NCBI RefSeq assembly: GCF_006345805.1
Contig: NC_043000.1
Location: 52,018,001 to 52,082,000 of the forward strand
Length of the DNA: 64,000 nt
Origin: Octopus sinensis
Lineage: Eukaryota
Direction: 5' to 3'
Both the position numbers and the translations under genes were made by a program. Below the pieces are notes generated by a model. The model did no database searches, was not told where the DNA came from, and was given only the letters and a program-made list of their open reading frames with translations. Positions 1-12,614 of the stretch are shown in pieces. Within the stretch, counting starts at the first letter, position 1. Every line of letters starts with the position of its first letter.

Positions 1-882
1 TATATATATATATATATATGGGAGTATCTTGTATACATTGCACAACCCGAACGTTTATATACTTTAAATAATAATTTTGTGAGTATTCCTATATTTTTCA
101 AATTTTAATTCCTTATAATCAAATAAGAAGAAATATACTATAGTAGCTTTCAATTTAACATTCATAGATGACTAAAAAACTTCACTACACACTTGAAATT
201 GGAATTTTTTTCTAAAATTAATCTAGCTTCAAAATTAATAAGGCTTTCCCCCAGTTAAAAAATACTATACCTACTCATAATAATAAATGATATGTTTTCT
301 CCCCCTTTTTTTCTCTAAATTACACTCCCTGTGAATGGGATTAGAACCATTTGACATTGACCTAGTTTCTCTCATCAAATAGCAGTAATTGGCATTTATT
401 AGTGGCAATTGCTGTCTTCAACATGAAATCCTTTTATGGAGTTCTGAAACCACCTTTACCCCATTTCTACAATTAAAAATCTTTATTGCTTCTAGCCTTA
501 CAGCAGTTAGGAACAACCATATCTTAGTCAGTCAGTGGAAGGACTTCACTACTTCATATGTTCTTAAAATTTAAATCCACATCTTTGTCTGTATATCTAC
601 CTGCTCTATAATGTTGCCACTTGATTTGAAAATTTTTGTATTAATGGAAAGCCTCCATAATTGGCTGATGAGTACTCAGCATCTTAAATCTGTTGTAATG
701 CTTACAACATTTAATAAAATGATGTATTACGAAACGATCGTACCAAATTACCGGAGTCATTCATTCTTGTTGCTTATTTTGATTATAATCACCCCACATA
801 TTTTTATGGATAACACCATACAAAATTCTGGTGCATCTAAATAAAGTACCATATTCATTTGAATCTAAATTTTTGCTGAACT

Positions 883-889
883 TATATAG

Positions 890-975
<86 letters not shown>

Positions 976-1289
976 TATATGTATATATATGTATGTATAT
1001 ATGTGATATGTATATATGTATATGTATATGTATATTATATATCTGTATATATATATAATGTATATATAATATATGTATATATAATATATGTATATATAAT
1101 ATATGTATATATAATATATGTATATATGTATATGTATATATATATATGTATATATATATGTATATATATATGTATATATATATGTATATATATATGTATA
1201 TGTATATAATGTATATATATATATATATATGTATATGTATATATATATGTATATATATTATATATATGTATTATGTATGTATATATATA

Positions 1290-1341
<52 letters not shown>

Positions 1342-1403
1342 CTATGTATATATATGTAAATATATTATATGTATATATATTATATATGTATATATATATA
1401 TAT
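883..1403. repeat. (TA)n/(TATG)n compound microsatellite
   Basis: Directly visible; accounts for the Y/I-rich ORFs at 831-1727. Confidence 0.98.
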
Positions 1404-1404
1404 T

Positions 1405-1820
1405 CTGTTTTTTACTTGTTTGAGTCATTTGACTGCGGCCATGCAGGAGCACCACCTTTTAGTCGAGCAAATCGACCCCTGGACTTGTTCTTTGTAAGCC
1501 TAGTATTTATTCTATCGGTATCTTTTTGTCGAACTGCTAGATTACGCGGACGTAAACACATCAGCATGGAGTGTAAAGCAATGTTAGGGAGCCGGGAACA
1601 AACACAGACACACAAACACACACATACGCACACACACATACGCACGCGCGCACATATATATATTATGACGGCCTTCTTTCAGTTTCTGTCTACCAAATCC
1701 ACTCACAAGGTTTTGGTCGGTCCGTAGCTATGTTAGAGGACACCTGCCCAAGGTGCAACCAAGTGGGATTGAACCCGGAATTATGTGGTTGGTAAGCAAG
1801 CTACTTACCACACAACCACT
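1405..1820 (-). mobile_element. tRNA-derived SINE family A, full copy with intact head (head + CORE-like body + internal microsatellite + tail)
   Basis: Minus strand reads GTGTGGTAAGTAGCTTGCTTACCAACC...GGTTCAATCCC (A/B-box-like), then CCTTGGGCAGGTGTC, an internal (TG/TA)n, and a tail ending GACTCAAACAAGTAAAA. Colinear with other copies in the window. Confidence 0.9.
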
Positions 1821-1828
1821 CATATTGT

Positions 1829-1943
1829 GTGTATATATCTATATCTATATCTATCTATATATATATATATTGGTTATATATATATTTATTATATGTATAT
1901 ATTTATTGTTTATATCTATTATATATGTAAATATACATTGTAC

Positions 1944-1977
<34 letters not shown>

Positions 1978-2070
1978 TGTATATATATGTATTTATATAT
2001 ATATATATATTATATATGCATATATATGTATATATATGTATATATATTATATATATGTATATATATTATA

Positions 2071-2108
<38 letters not shown>
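1829..2108. repeat. (TA)n microsatellite
   Basis: Directly visible. Confidence 0.98.
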
Positions 2109-2111
<3 letters not shown>

Positions 2112-2502
2112 AATGAAAGAATGGAGTCGAACGAAGATGTTAACAAAATTCCTTTACTCTCGACATATGTTTCGAAGACAACATGGTTTCATTCCAAAGG
2201 AATAAAGTGTGCATTATGCAATCTTCTCATCAGGAAAGAAAGGAAGCCTATCTCGATAACAAGACAAACAAAAATTTCGATGACTGCCTACATGGTAAAC
2301 AAAACGATAATGATTATCGTTTAGAAACAATGCATTGTCCAAGGATGATTAGGGTAAATGTTTTTAATTTTCCTTTGATTTCTGAATTACTACTATTTAG
2401 CGGTTTGAATTTGACTGCTCTTTCTAGTGAGTTGAATGGCCTATCAGGGCCATTCCTTAATATTGTTGAAATTATATGTCTATATATGTATATATATATG
2501 TA

Positions 2503-2561
<59 letters not shown>

Positions 2562-3619
2562 AGATGTGTGTATATGTGCGTGTGTGATTCTAAATGCGTG
2601 ATGAGTGTGTTTGTACGTGTGTCATTTTTGATTTTGTTTTTCTCCCCCAAAAGTAGCGGTTCGACAAATAGAGTTCAGTAGCATACAAAAAAGGTTTGGA
2701 GTTTTAAAAATAAGAACTGGTGTCAATTTCCTTAACTAAACCCCTCAAGGCATTTCCTCAACATGGCAATCGTCCAAAGACTGAAACGGAAACGTTAAAA
2801 GATAAAGTTGGATGTAACTGATGATGCTTTACTGACGATCATTCGGACTGTCGATCATTAGGAAATAGTAGCCAGTGATTAAATCCCAGATTTCCTGATT
2901 TAAAAGAAATGAGGATTCCACTTTGGCTAACATAAACATTGCTAGTAGGACTATTTTATTTGGTTAATGAAGTACCAAAAAGAATGACTAAAATATAAAT
3001 GACGTCTTTGTTAAAAATATATGGATAGTACAAGAAATTGTGGTGCGATTTGTTACCGATTGAATACTACTAACTTGGTTAGTGAGTTAATATTACAATT
3101 CCATTTTTCACAGTGGAAAATGGTTTCAGAGGTGTAAATAATTTACTGCAGGGAAAAAGGAACCTACTGGATACGTCGAAACAAGGCAAATTTAGACGGT
3201 CTCTGGTTAAGTTAGAGACTGAAAGAAAAAGCATTTCCAACAGATATCAAGCTCAAGGACTAAGAAACTTAGAATTTGGTCCTATCTATATAAAAGTATT
3301 AATTTAAAGTTATATCTTTGATTAATTTAAGTTTTTGTAAAATTGAAATTGTAAATTATCAACTGAAATATTTTATTTTAACTAAGTGTTATAATTAACG
3401 TTTCATCTCAAGTTAAGTTTTGTTTTTCAGTTAAATTTAATGTAACTCATATTATTGAAATTCATAAATTTTCAGTATTAATTTGTACACTAATGGATTG
3501 CTGGGAGTCGAATGTTTTTGAAATTTCGAACGGTTAATCTCTGGAAGGTAAGAATGCAATTTAACGACTGATATCAGTAAAATAAAACACACACACACAA
3601 ACATACATACATACATACA

Positions 3620-4180
3620 TGGTGGCTGCTCCCTCGTTATCGAGTATGGCCATTGCGCCAAGCTTAATCAATGTTGTTATCGCGCAATGCCTGTGCAAGA
3701 AAATTTTTTTTTAAGTGAGGAAAGGCTGTGCACTGAGTCAATCCCACTCACTAAGCAACAGCAGCCATAATCCAAAAAGAAGCAGAACTCAACATCATCG
3801 GTAACCACTGAGCCGCAGGTTTTATGTCGGAGTTATCCCAGTTACCTGAGTTACCTTCTCCTAGAAGGATGCCCTAACAAAGGCTAGGAGTCCTTCACTC
3901 CCAATGGTTTAACCGCGCGATCGGGTAGTCAGTCCGATTATTTCTATGTCCCCGCGCATGATACAGCCTTCAGACATTTATTGGATGGCCTTTGACTCTC
4001 AAGAGTTCCTTCGCCCTTTGACGGGTTTTGTTTTTCATCCTGCAGGGTGTCCAATAAACACCCTCCTCACCAAGCAATCTTGGTGGGGGTTGCCGATTTA
4101 GTCGCCGACGACCCGACCATGCAACAGGTTGTACTGGGTTACATGTTACCAGTAACACTCGAAAGTGACCTGACATATCA
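3620..4180 (-). mobile_element. Probable internally deleted, non-autonomous RTE-like element
   Basis: GC-richer island containing a CCTTCTCCTAGAAGGATGCC...AAGGCT motif that I recall from RTE 5' regions; ends in a (TATG)n tail on minus. No RT motif seen. Confidence 0.4.
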
Positions 4181-4208
4181 TGCATACATACATACATCAA
4201 TAAATATG

Positions 4209-4265
<57 letters not shown>

Positions 4266-4329
4266 ATTTATATATACTTACAAATATATATGCACATGTA
4301 TTCATATATGCGCACACATACATGAAAAG

Positions 4330-4680
4330 AATTTTTTCGGTCTAGAATGACCATGAGAGTGGGTCTAGAAAATTACCCTCCGAGGCACAAGTCCGGGCAG
4401 GGTTGCTTACAGAGAAGCAGCAGTCACCCATGCATACTAGCCTTACCTCTTCAAGCCACCGATGATATCTAAGATAAAGGTAAAAGCTGTTACGCATTGA
4501 CACAAAATTTGTTACAAAAGCTGTTACAAAGTGACGTCATTTCTACAACTGAGTGAACTGGAGAAACGTAAAATTAAGTGTCTTGCTCATGAACACAATA
4601 CACAGCCCGGTCCGGGAATAAAACTCACTGCCTCATGATAGCGAGCCCGACGCTCTAAACACTGTGTCATGCACCTTCAC
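4330..4680 (-). mobile_element. tRNA-derived SINE family B, diverged copy
   Basis: Reverse complement is colinear with the copy at 13921-14262. Confidence 0.85.
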
Positions 4681-4744
4681 ATATAGCATGAATATACACA
4701 TATATTAGCCTCTTTCTTCCGACCATTTCTTCATGGTCAATAGT

Positions 4745-4938
4745 TAGCCCCCCCCCCACATTTATTCACCCTCTTCGTTCTTTTTCGTTCGATCTCCGTT
4801 TTTTCCACTCTCAGTCCTTTCTGCTGAAAAGCGTAGGATCGAAACGTCAAAGACTTTTCGATTCTTCTCGAATGTTAATCTAATACACCTGCTTGTTGTT
4901 CCTTCATTTGTCTTCGTCTTTTGCTTTCTGTAAGTTTG

Positions 4939-4945
<7 letters not shown>
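4745..4945 (+). mobile_element. Penelope-like element terminal fragment with decayed hammerhead motif
   Basis: GTCCTTT..CTGAAAAGCGTAGGATCGAAACGTCAAAGAC at 4814-4854; homologous to 34360-34480. Confidence 0.6.
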
Positions 4946-4981
<36 letters not shown>

Positions 4982-4999
4982 GAAAATATATATATATAT

Positions 5000-5200
5000 A
5001 ATCAAAATAAGCAACAAGGATATCCAGAGTACGATCGTTTCATGCAAATCCATTTAATTGAACAATGCAATCATTACATCAATTTAAAATGCAGAGCAAT
5101 CCTCAGCTGCACGAAGACATAGAATTTAATTAAATTAGAACAGATGGAAATAGTATAATTATACCTAAAATCTCTAAGAAGTTAAGGAGATAGACAAAGA
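5000..5200 (-). mobile_element. Penelope-like terminal fragment (CTGAGGA...GAAACG motif)
   Basis: Minus strand 5106->5030 reads CTGAGGA-TTGC...GCAT-GAAACGATCG. Confidence 0.45.
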
Positions 5201-6307
5201 ACGTGCTATCCCCTCTCCAGCATACAAACATGCATACATACATATATATATATATATACATATATCAAAAGCTCCTTCCCTAGTCATTAGCTGATGGTGC
5301 TCGTATATATCCTCCCACCGCATCCCGGGATGAGAAGTTGGTCAGTCGCAGGATTATTCGTCCTCATTTTTGTCAGCTACGTGGACTGATGTGAAAAAAT
5401 TGTTTCTCTCAAAAATGCAACACATCACCCGACCAGAAATTGAAATTGCAATTTTACGACAATGAGTGCTACGCTTTAACCGCTAAGCCACATGTCTTGC
5501 GTCGCCGTCCGCCCTCTCCCACATACATGTATATATATATATGACGGTCTTGTGTACAGTTTTAGTCAACCAAATTTCGAGCCACATAATATTAGTCAAT
5601 CTCCGTCGTTAGTAGCTAACATTAGTTCAAGGTGCCGCCCAATACAAATGCACACACACACACATTGTATTTGTAGCAGACTCCCGCATAATTTTAGTCT
5701 ACCAAATTTAGTCAAACTGAAGCTTTGGTAGATGACATTGGTTTAGGCTACTGTACCATGCAAATATATACACGCTTGGTGCACGCACGCACACACACAA
5801 CACACACATATACATAGTGACACATACACACACACGCACGCACTCACATAGCGACACACACAATCATACGGATATTTTCCCCGGTAACCGAATTTACCTG
5901 ATGTACGAAGCTGAAAATCCAACAGATGTCGGAATGATTATACATTTTGAAAATATCATCGACATCTGAATGAATAGACAATCAGTCGTCTCTCTTTATC
6001 CAGAAGAAATGATTTTAATCAAGATAGAAAAGACACATTTAGAACATTCAGATAATACTCGAATTAAAATAAAAAGTAATTGTTGAAAATAAAATTATAC
6101 TCCGTAATCCTTCAGCTCGGATAGGAAAATTAATCAATTGTAATCTAAAGATACTTATATTTCTAATTAGTACAGTGTTTCGTGTTTAACATGAAGCTAC
6201 ACAGTTTAATAGTTTGAATCGTCAGGGCATGGGTTCGATTCTTTGAAATGGGCAGCGCGTTATCTTCTACAGCAACGAATCTCATTTCACGATGCGCTAG
6301 TACATTA

Positions 6308-6490
6308 AGGTGGCGAGCTGGCAGAAATGTTAGCTTACCAGGCGAAATGTTTAGCGGTATTTCGTCTGCCGTTACGTTCTGAGTTCAAATTCCGCCGCGG
6401 TCGACATTGCCTTTCATCCTTTCGGGGTCGATAAATTAAGTACCAGTTACGCACTGGGGTCGATATAATTGACTTAATCCGTTTTTGTCA
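6308..6490 (+). mobile_element. tRNA-derived SINE family E, 5' part
   Basis: GGTGGCGAGCTGGCAGAAATGTTAGC...GAGTTCAAATTCC...GCCTTTCATCCTTTCGGGGTCGATAAATTAAGTACCAG; matches other copies. Confidence 0.9.
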
Positions 6491-6654
6491 GCAGTCACAA
6501 GTCTATCCAAAAAGGGTGAAATGAGTTCGCTGTGGGATTGAACCCGGAATCAAGTAGAGGGGAAGCCGCCTTCTTACCATACAGCAACTCTTGTACTTAT
6601 GCATGGTTATCTTTCAGGTGTGACTGGCGCTTATTTTCGACTGAATATACTAGA

Positions 6655-6888
6655 GCATCTTTTTTTCCTTCTTTTCTACTCTAGGCACAAGGCCCAAGAT
6701 TTTGGGGGATGGGACCAGTCGATTAGATCGGACCCAGTACGTAACTGTTACTTAATTTATCTACCCCGAAAGAATGAAAGGCAAAGTCGACCGTAGAGAA
6801 ATTTGAGCTCCGAACATAAAGACAGACGAAATACCTATTTCTTCATTACCCACAAGGGGATAAACACAGAGGAGACAAATAAGGAGAG
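6655..6888 (-). mobile_element. SINE family E, 3' monomer plus preceding Tx1-like tail
   Basis: Reverse complement matches the 3' half of 31510-31900. Confidence 0.88.
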
Positions 6889-7514
6889 ATGGGTCTTCTA
6901 TCGAATGTTAAACGTCGGAAACTGGCTTGGTAAAAGGGAAAAGGCTCAACCACAACCGAGAATGGAACTTCATGGGGAAAATGATTCTTCTCTCTATCTG
7001 GTATGATTGAAAGGAGTAATTCACTTTAAATTATTACCACCTAATGCAACAATCAATGCTCAAGTCTACTGTCAGCAATTAGAGCATTTGAACCAAGCTT
7101 TGAAGATTTAGTGAATCGAAAAGGAGTGATGTTTCATCGGGACAATGTGCGACCCCACACTGCAAAGATCACATCACAGAAGATCGAAGAGCTTGGTTGG
7201 GAAAAAAATTCCTCATCCACTTATTCTTCCTATCTTGCTCCTTCAGACTATCATTTGTTTCGTAGCTTACAGAATCATTTGGGGGACATAACTTTCGTAA
7301 GCCAGGAGGAGGTAGAAACTGACATTTCAGAGTTCTTCGCTTTGAAACCAAAAGAGTTTTACATTGATAAGTTTAAAAAGTTTGTAAATAGATGGAAGGA
7401 AGTCATAGATAGTCCGGGCAAGTACATTGATGATTAAATTTCTATTTAATATAACATTTGATCATTTGTTTTCTTTATTTAAAATTCGGACAGCACTTAT
7501 GGGATGAACTGATA
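6889..7514 (+). mobile_element. mariner (DD34D) transposase 3' half plus right TIR, pseudogenised
   Basis: WVFY, FHRDNVRPH, YSSYLAPSDYHLFRSLQN and RWKEVIDSPGKYIDD* motifs; TIR-like end CACTTATGGGATGAACTGA followed by TA. Confidence 0.93.
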
Positions 7515-7809
7515 TATGTATATATGTGAGTACGTATATGTGTGGGTGTGTGTGTGTGTGTGTGTGCGTTAGAATATAATTTATAAATATTGATATCAAA
7601 TTTTGGTAAAAGTCTAGCAATTTCGGGAGTGGGTTTATGACGATTACATTGACCATAGTAATCAGCTGATATTTATTTTATCGATGCCGATAGGTTGAAA
7701 GGTAAAGTTGACTTTCGGGAAATTTGAACTCAGAACACGTGAGAAACAATTTTGCTAACAATTTTGCCCGGCGCGCTAACGATTCTGTCAACTTGTAGCC
7801 TTACATTAT

Positions 7810-9658
7810 GTAAGTAATACAATCATTTTATAAAGGCTTGAAATTTCATGCAAAATAGAGCATTCCACAGATGGTATGATTCGAATGCACCCTAGTAATG
7901 AATCTAGATTACAGACCAAGCATGGATGGAGCTCCATCAGTGCACACCCATTCCAGCGAGTCCCAGGAAAGCTAGTTTCCCTGAAAGAAGTTTGATACAT
8001 CTCGAAAAATAGACGCTGCTGTTCTACAACTATCCATAAAGTGACACAACAGTATTTCCTCTTTTGCACAGTTGCCTGAATCAAAACGAGCATATACCAG
8101 TAGCTAAGAACACTGAACGATGTCAGTCGTTTCGTCACACTGGTCGAGAATTTGATATTTGATGTCTTCAGACAAGTCGATTTTTCATTTGACTGTATTG
8201 TTTGATAGTGAAATTTGGGAATGCTTGTTTGCGCTATCTTTCCCCAGAACTAGTTCTGCTTCACGGAGTGGACTTGGTTTTACAAGAAACTCGCCTATGT
8301 TATGGCTCTTCTTGCTCTTTACATTCAACATGGCGATCTCATAGGAAGCCTCAAAAACCACTGAAGTTTGTTACCGAAATGCCCAACTACTTAGTTTGCT
8401 TTAAGGAATGTCCTTTTGTTTCCAAGAATGCCTTGAGCTTGCCTGCGAGAGCAAGAAGTGTCGTTCCAAACGTGAAGGTCGCATTTCATCACTGTTCAAA
8501 GTTCTGTAACATATCCCTCACTGGGGGACTTCTGTCTCACCCATTTGAAGGGACACACATCCAAATTGGATATGTTCGTCAATTACTTCCGTTTCTTTGC
8601 ACTCATTTCAACTTATTTGCTGTGCAGTGGACAACACAAACATGTGAACAAAAGATAAGGGACGGGTAAGGTAATGTCAGGGCTCAAATTAGAACGCTAA
8701 CCCTAGTTAGAACACTTGGAGTAAAATGTTCTGAGAAAAAAATTAAAACAAAAATATTGGAATAAAACTTAAATTAAAAGGAAAGTTATGCTTAAAATTT
8801 GTACAATGAAATATTGTATTTATTTGTACGAAAATATAAAAAAAATTCTTTAAAAACAAAAGATTTTGTATAACTTTTAGTTGTACCTAGTACTTTCTGT
8901 AATATTTAAATCGGAATTTTAGTTTAACATTTTATTATATTATAACTTTTTTCTTACAAAATTTTACTATATTTTTAGCATAAATATTTAATATAAAAAT
9001 TTTTGGTTTTATTGTTACAATTTTTTATTTTTCCAATCTGTATTTTAAATTTTTTTGCGAATTTATTAAATTGAGCATACTAGAACTTATTTCATACTCT
9101 TTGTTTTATTTCCTATTTTCAAATATATCATACATTTCATTTTGCTAAAATTTTAAAATATTTTTCAATTTTTTAAATAAAGTTAATATTTCTTAGTAGG
9201 TTATGATAATGATTTGATAATGTTTCAGCATGAGTCTTGATTTTAGAGAATCGCATTGTTTCATGCATATAAAAACTGTGGATCAAACTTGTTGAACATC
9301 TATTAACTGAAAAATACTTATGTCTTCACACGATAATAATATCTAAGCTTTATACCAGTGACTCTTAACCCGAGTCTTGTAACAAAAAATAAATAAATAA
9401 AGGCAAATTCACAATTAGTGAGGGTTTTGAGGGATATGAAGGGGTCACTAAGTACAGTAAAGCGTAAGCGTGCTAACATAATAGAATAAGAAAACTAAAG
9501 GTATAAGGGGATACTTTTGCAGTTTTTCGTAAGCTTCTCATTATTTGACCATGCTATTGTTAAGAGAATAACAAATATATTCACAGAATTTCTGAATTTT
9601 CTCAAGGGCTCGCGAGCCCCTTGGAAATTACTGACGGCCTCCAGGTTAAAAACCACTA
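7810..9658 (-). mobile_element. hAT (Buster/Charlie-like) transposon, 5' portion, decayed
   Basis: Minus strand encodes a BED-finger region and VCTDGAPSMLG. 7810-8770 is an inverted homologue of 17270-18200. Charlie-type TIR-like motifs at 9357 (CAGTGACTCTTAACC) and 9644-9658. The extent beyond 8770 is less certain. Confidence 0.8.
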
Positions 9659-9974
9659 TTCTAAACAGTTTAACCATGTTCCTATCATCGTCTCACCATC
9701 CAGAAGGCATACACACACACACACAAATGCGCACATACGCGCTCATGCATGTAAATATGTGTGTGTGTGTGTGTATGTACATATAGGGTGTCCATGAATT
9801 TCATTCGCAACTGAAAAATTTCAAGAAAAGATGTGAAAAAGAAGGATAATTCAGCAGATCCAAGAGGGCTTCATTGGCTGTACATAGCATATCTCGGCGG
9901 TACTATACAGGAAATTGTAGTTGTATCTAAATGTAACTTATGAACAGCCAATGTGTGGGGTGTGTGTGTTTGTT

Positions 9975-10344
9975 TGTTATCTGTTATCTTTGACTTCTTT
10001 GAGCCATGAAACTGCGGACATGTTGCGATACCGTCTTGAATTTTTAGTGGAAAAAAATCAACCCGAGTACTTATTTTTTAAGCCTAGTACTTATTCTATC
10101 GGTTTCTTTGTCAAACCACAAATTTATGGGGAGTGAACACAACAACATTGGATTTAAGCGAAACTGGTGGTCGTGGGGGGGGGAAAGAAAGACACACATG
10201 CATACATACACACACACATACAACTTACTTCTTCCATTTTCTGTCTACTAAATCTACTCACAAGGGTTATAGCAGAAGACACTCTGCCCAAGGTGCCACG
10301 CAGTGGGACTGAACCCGGAAACGTGGTTGGGAAGCAAGCTTCTT
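9975..10344 (-). mobile_element. SINE family A copy, head interrupted by Tx1 element E1
   Basis: Tail, body and head are present up to GGAAGCAAGCTTCTT (10330-10344); the expected ACCACACAGCC is replaced by a LINE 3' end. Confidence 0.9.
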
Positions 10345-12121
10345 TAATTCATGAAATTTGCCATAAAGGCAGTACACAGATGGGACGAACAAGGACAGAC
10401 AAACACAAAGGGTGAAGAAGTTGCTTTTAGTTAAAAATTAGTGTTCGTATGAACGATATGATTACGGATGTAATTAAAAAAATTATTTACATAAATATTG
10501 TTGCAAAAAGCAACAATTTGCCTCGGAGCGAAAGGAATCTAGCCATCTGGGTGGAACCTTTACTTTCTACCACTGATCCCACTTACTTGGTGCTGGTCAC
10601 TCTCAACTTGCTTGCTACAAGCTTCCATCCTTTTACAAATCTACTCAGCGACAGATACCTCTTCTCCAGCCTGATCTTACTTATGATGTGGTAACTAAAA
10701 AAGTTTACGAACCCCTGGCCGGAGACGAAAGAATCTGCCAATATCCCTCTTACACGCGTCTTCTATACTGTTTCTTTCCGTATGGCTACTACTTAGAAAA
10801 AAACAAGCCTTCCTTTTCCTGTTAAGGGAGGAGGTGACACAATCCCGATGATAGACTCAGCCGATAGCTGTACCCTTCCCATCGATGACAACAGTTGTTC
10901 TGCGGAAACTATCAGTGCCTTTAATTCCGGACACTCCACAAATACGTGCTAAACGGTTTCCCTGTTCTGCCCGCACCTCGGAGATGTCGGCGAGATGGCA
11001 CTCCCGTGTTTTAGTTTCTCTCGAACAGGTAACGCCGCACGGAAGCACTGTCACGCCAGGGATTTCTGGTAATTATCCAGATACCCCGGCCCGAACGTTC
11101 TCCCGAACAGGTTGATCAACTGATTTTCATCGTAGCCCAGGGTCTCCTACAAGGCGTCTCTGGACATAAAGCCCACTAACCCGCTATAAAAATCCGCGGT
11201 GGTACTCCTGCTGCCGGCATTGCCCGCCCGGGAGAGTAGCTGAAGTGCCTGACGGCACTCCAATTGTCAGACTCCCAGCCTAAGTTTCTGTTTCATCCGT
11301 GCTCCAATATCCGTTAAGGACGTTAAACGCGGAAGATAGAACCTACTCCCCATCCAGGTAAAACCAGAGGTGCCTCAACCTTAACGCGAGTTTTCACATC
11401 TTCAGCCAAGGCATCCCTAACCCACCCTTTAGCGGTTTCTGGCAGCAGACAAAGCGCTTCACAAGCGGCTTTCCTCCCTTCCACAAAAATCGGAAAAGGC
11501 GAGAAGGTTTGTAGACTCTCCAACTTGGTCTCTGTAGCAACCATCACATGTATATCGTGTGATCTGAGGTCGTCGAGGAAACAAGCCTGCTGACTCTTCG
11601 AACTCAGACGACGCACATTCAAACAATGAAGGTTAGGTAAGGCCATTATATAAAAAGCAAAGATCCTACTTACCCTCTTTTTTAGAAGGTTAACATTACT
11701 CTCTTCGAGAGTGCATTTTTTATGTATAATTTCGACCGACATACTCAGTCGAAATTTATTACAGAAGAAAATATAACAAAAAAATCGGTTTTCCACAAGG
11801 AAAACCTATAATAATTTTTCGCAAAAATAGTTTATAAACTTTTCGATGATAGTTCAAATCGCGCCCCCGAAGGTGAACGAGACTTAAGTCTAAAATGACT
11901 TTAACAAGTTCAATTTTTTCGCAGTATTTTGTTTAAAAATTGCCACAATGGCTACAAAAAGAAATAACAATTTCTGTCACCCGGTATACCGGGCAACAGC
12001 ACAAAGTTGAACAGTAATAACAATCCAAAAATACAATAACAAGTCCAACAGTAACAAATCCAATATTAAACGATAAAATCCCTTTCGGAGAAATATCAAC
12101 ACTTGACTTCAGTCAACGAAC
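10345..12121 (-). mobile_element. Tx1/L1-clade LINE E1: 5' UTR, APE endonuclease N-terminus, internal deletion, ORF2 C-terminus, 3' UTR; 15-bp TSD
   Basis: MALPNLHCLNVRRL...VATETKL (ATG at 11646) is fused to FRFLWKGGKPLVKR...KGGLGMPWL and YLDNYQKSLA...ALPVR, homologous to 47450-48300. GGAAGCAAGCTTCTT occurs at 10330-10344 and 12122-12136. Confidence 0.92.
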
Positions 12122-12136
12122 GGAAGCAAGCTTCTT

Positions 12137-12226
12137 TATTTCATAAAATTAGTCTCAAGGGTTTTACGCAAAAGCATTTGCGGGCTGGACAATATACAAA
12201 AATGAGATGAATGAAAACAAATTATC
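12137..12226 (-). mobile_element. Tx1-type 3' end E2, tandem with E1
   Basis: Sense TCATTCATCTCATT...TGTCCAGCCCGCAA...TTTATGAAATA is shared with E3 and E4; abuts the duplicated target. Confidence 0.8.
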
Positions 12227-12227
12227 T

Positions 12228-12614
12228 TTTGCTCTTTTAATTGTTTCAGTCATTTGACTGCGGCCATGCTGGAACTCCGCCTGTAGTCGAGCAAATCGAC
12301 CCCAGGACTTATTCTTTGTAAGCCTAGTATTTTTGCCGGACCGCTAAGTTACGGGGACGTAAACACACCAGCATCGGTTGTCAAGCGATGTTGGGGGGAC
12401 AAACACAGACACACACACACATATATATATATACATATATATATATACATATTAATATATACATATACATATATACGACGGGTTACTTGCAATTTCCGTC
12501 TACCAAATCCACTCAGAAGGCTTTGGTCGGCTCGAGGCTAGTAGAAGACACTTACCTAAGGTGCCACGCAGTAGGACTGAACCCAGAACCATATGGTTGG
12601 TAAGCAAGCTACTT
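12228..12614 (-). mobile_element. SINE family A copy, head interrupted by E3
   Basis: Well-conserved tail and body; head stops at GGTAAGCAAGCTACTT (ends 12614). Confidence 0.92.

Noticed and set aside
831-2324. Long Y/I/C/V/H/T-rich ORFs here and at 32.7-34.1, 35.7-36.1, 49.0-49.2, 50.9-51.9, 56.7-57.0 and 63.4-63.9 kb
   Set aside because: Translations of stop-free (TA)n, (CA)n and (TATG)n arrays.
2112-2352. Non-repetitive ORF segment after a (TA)n
   Set aside because: No domain motif; could not be assigned as exon or element.
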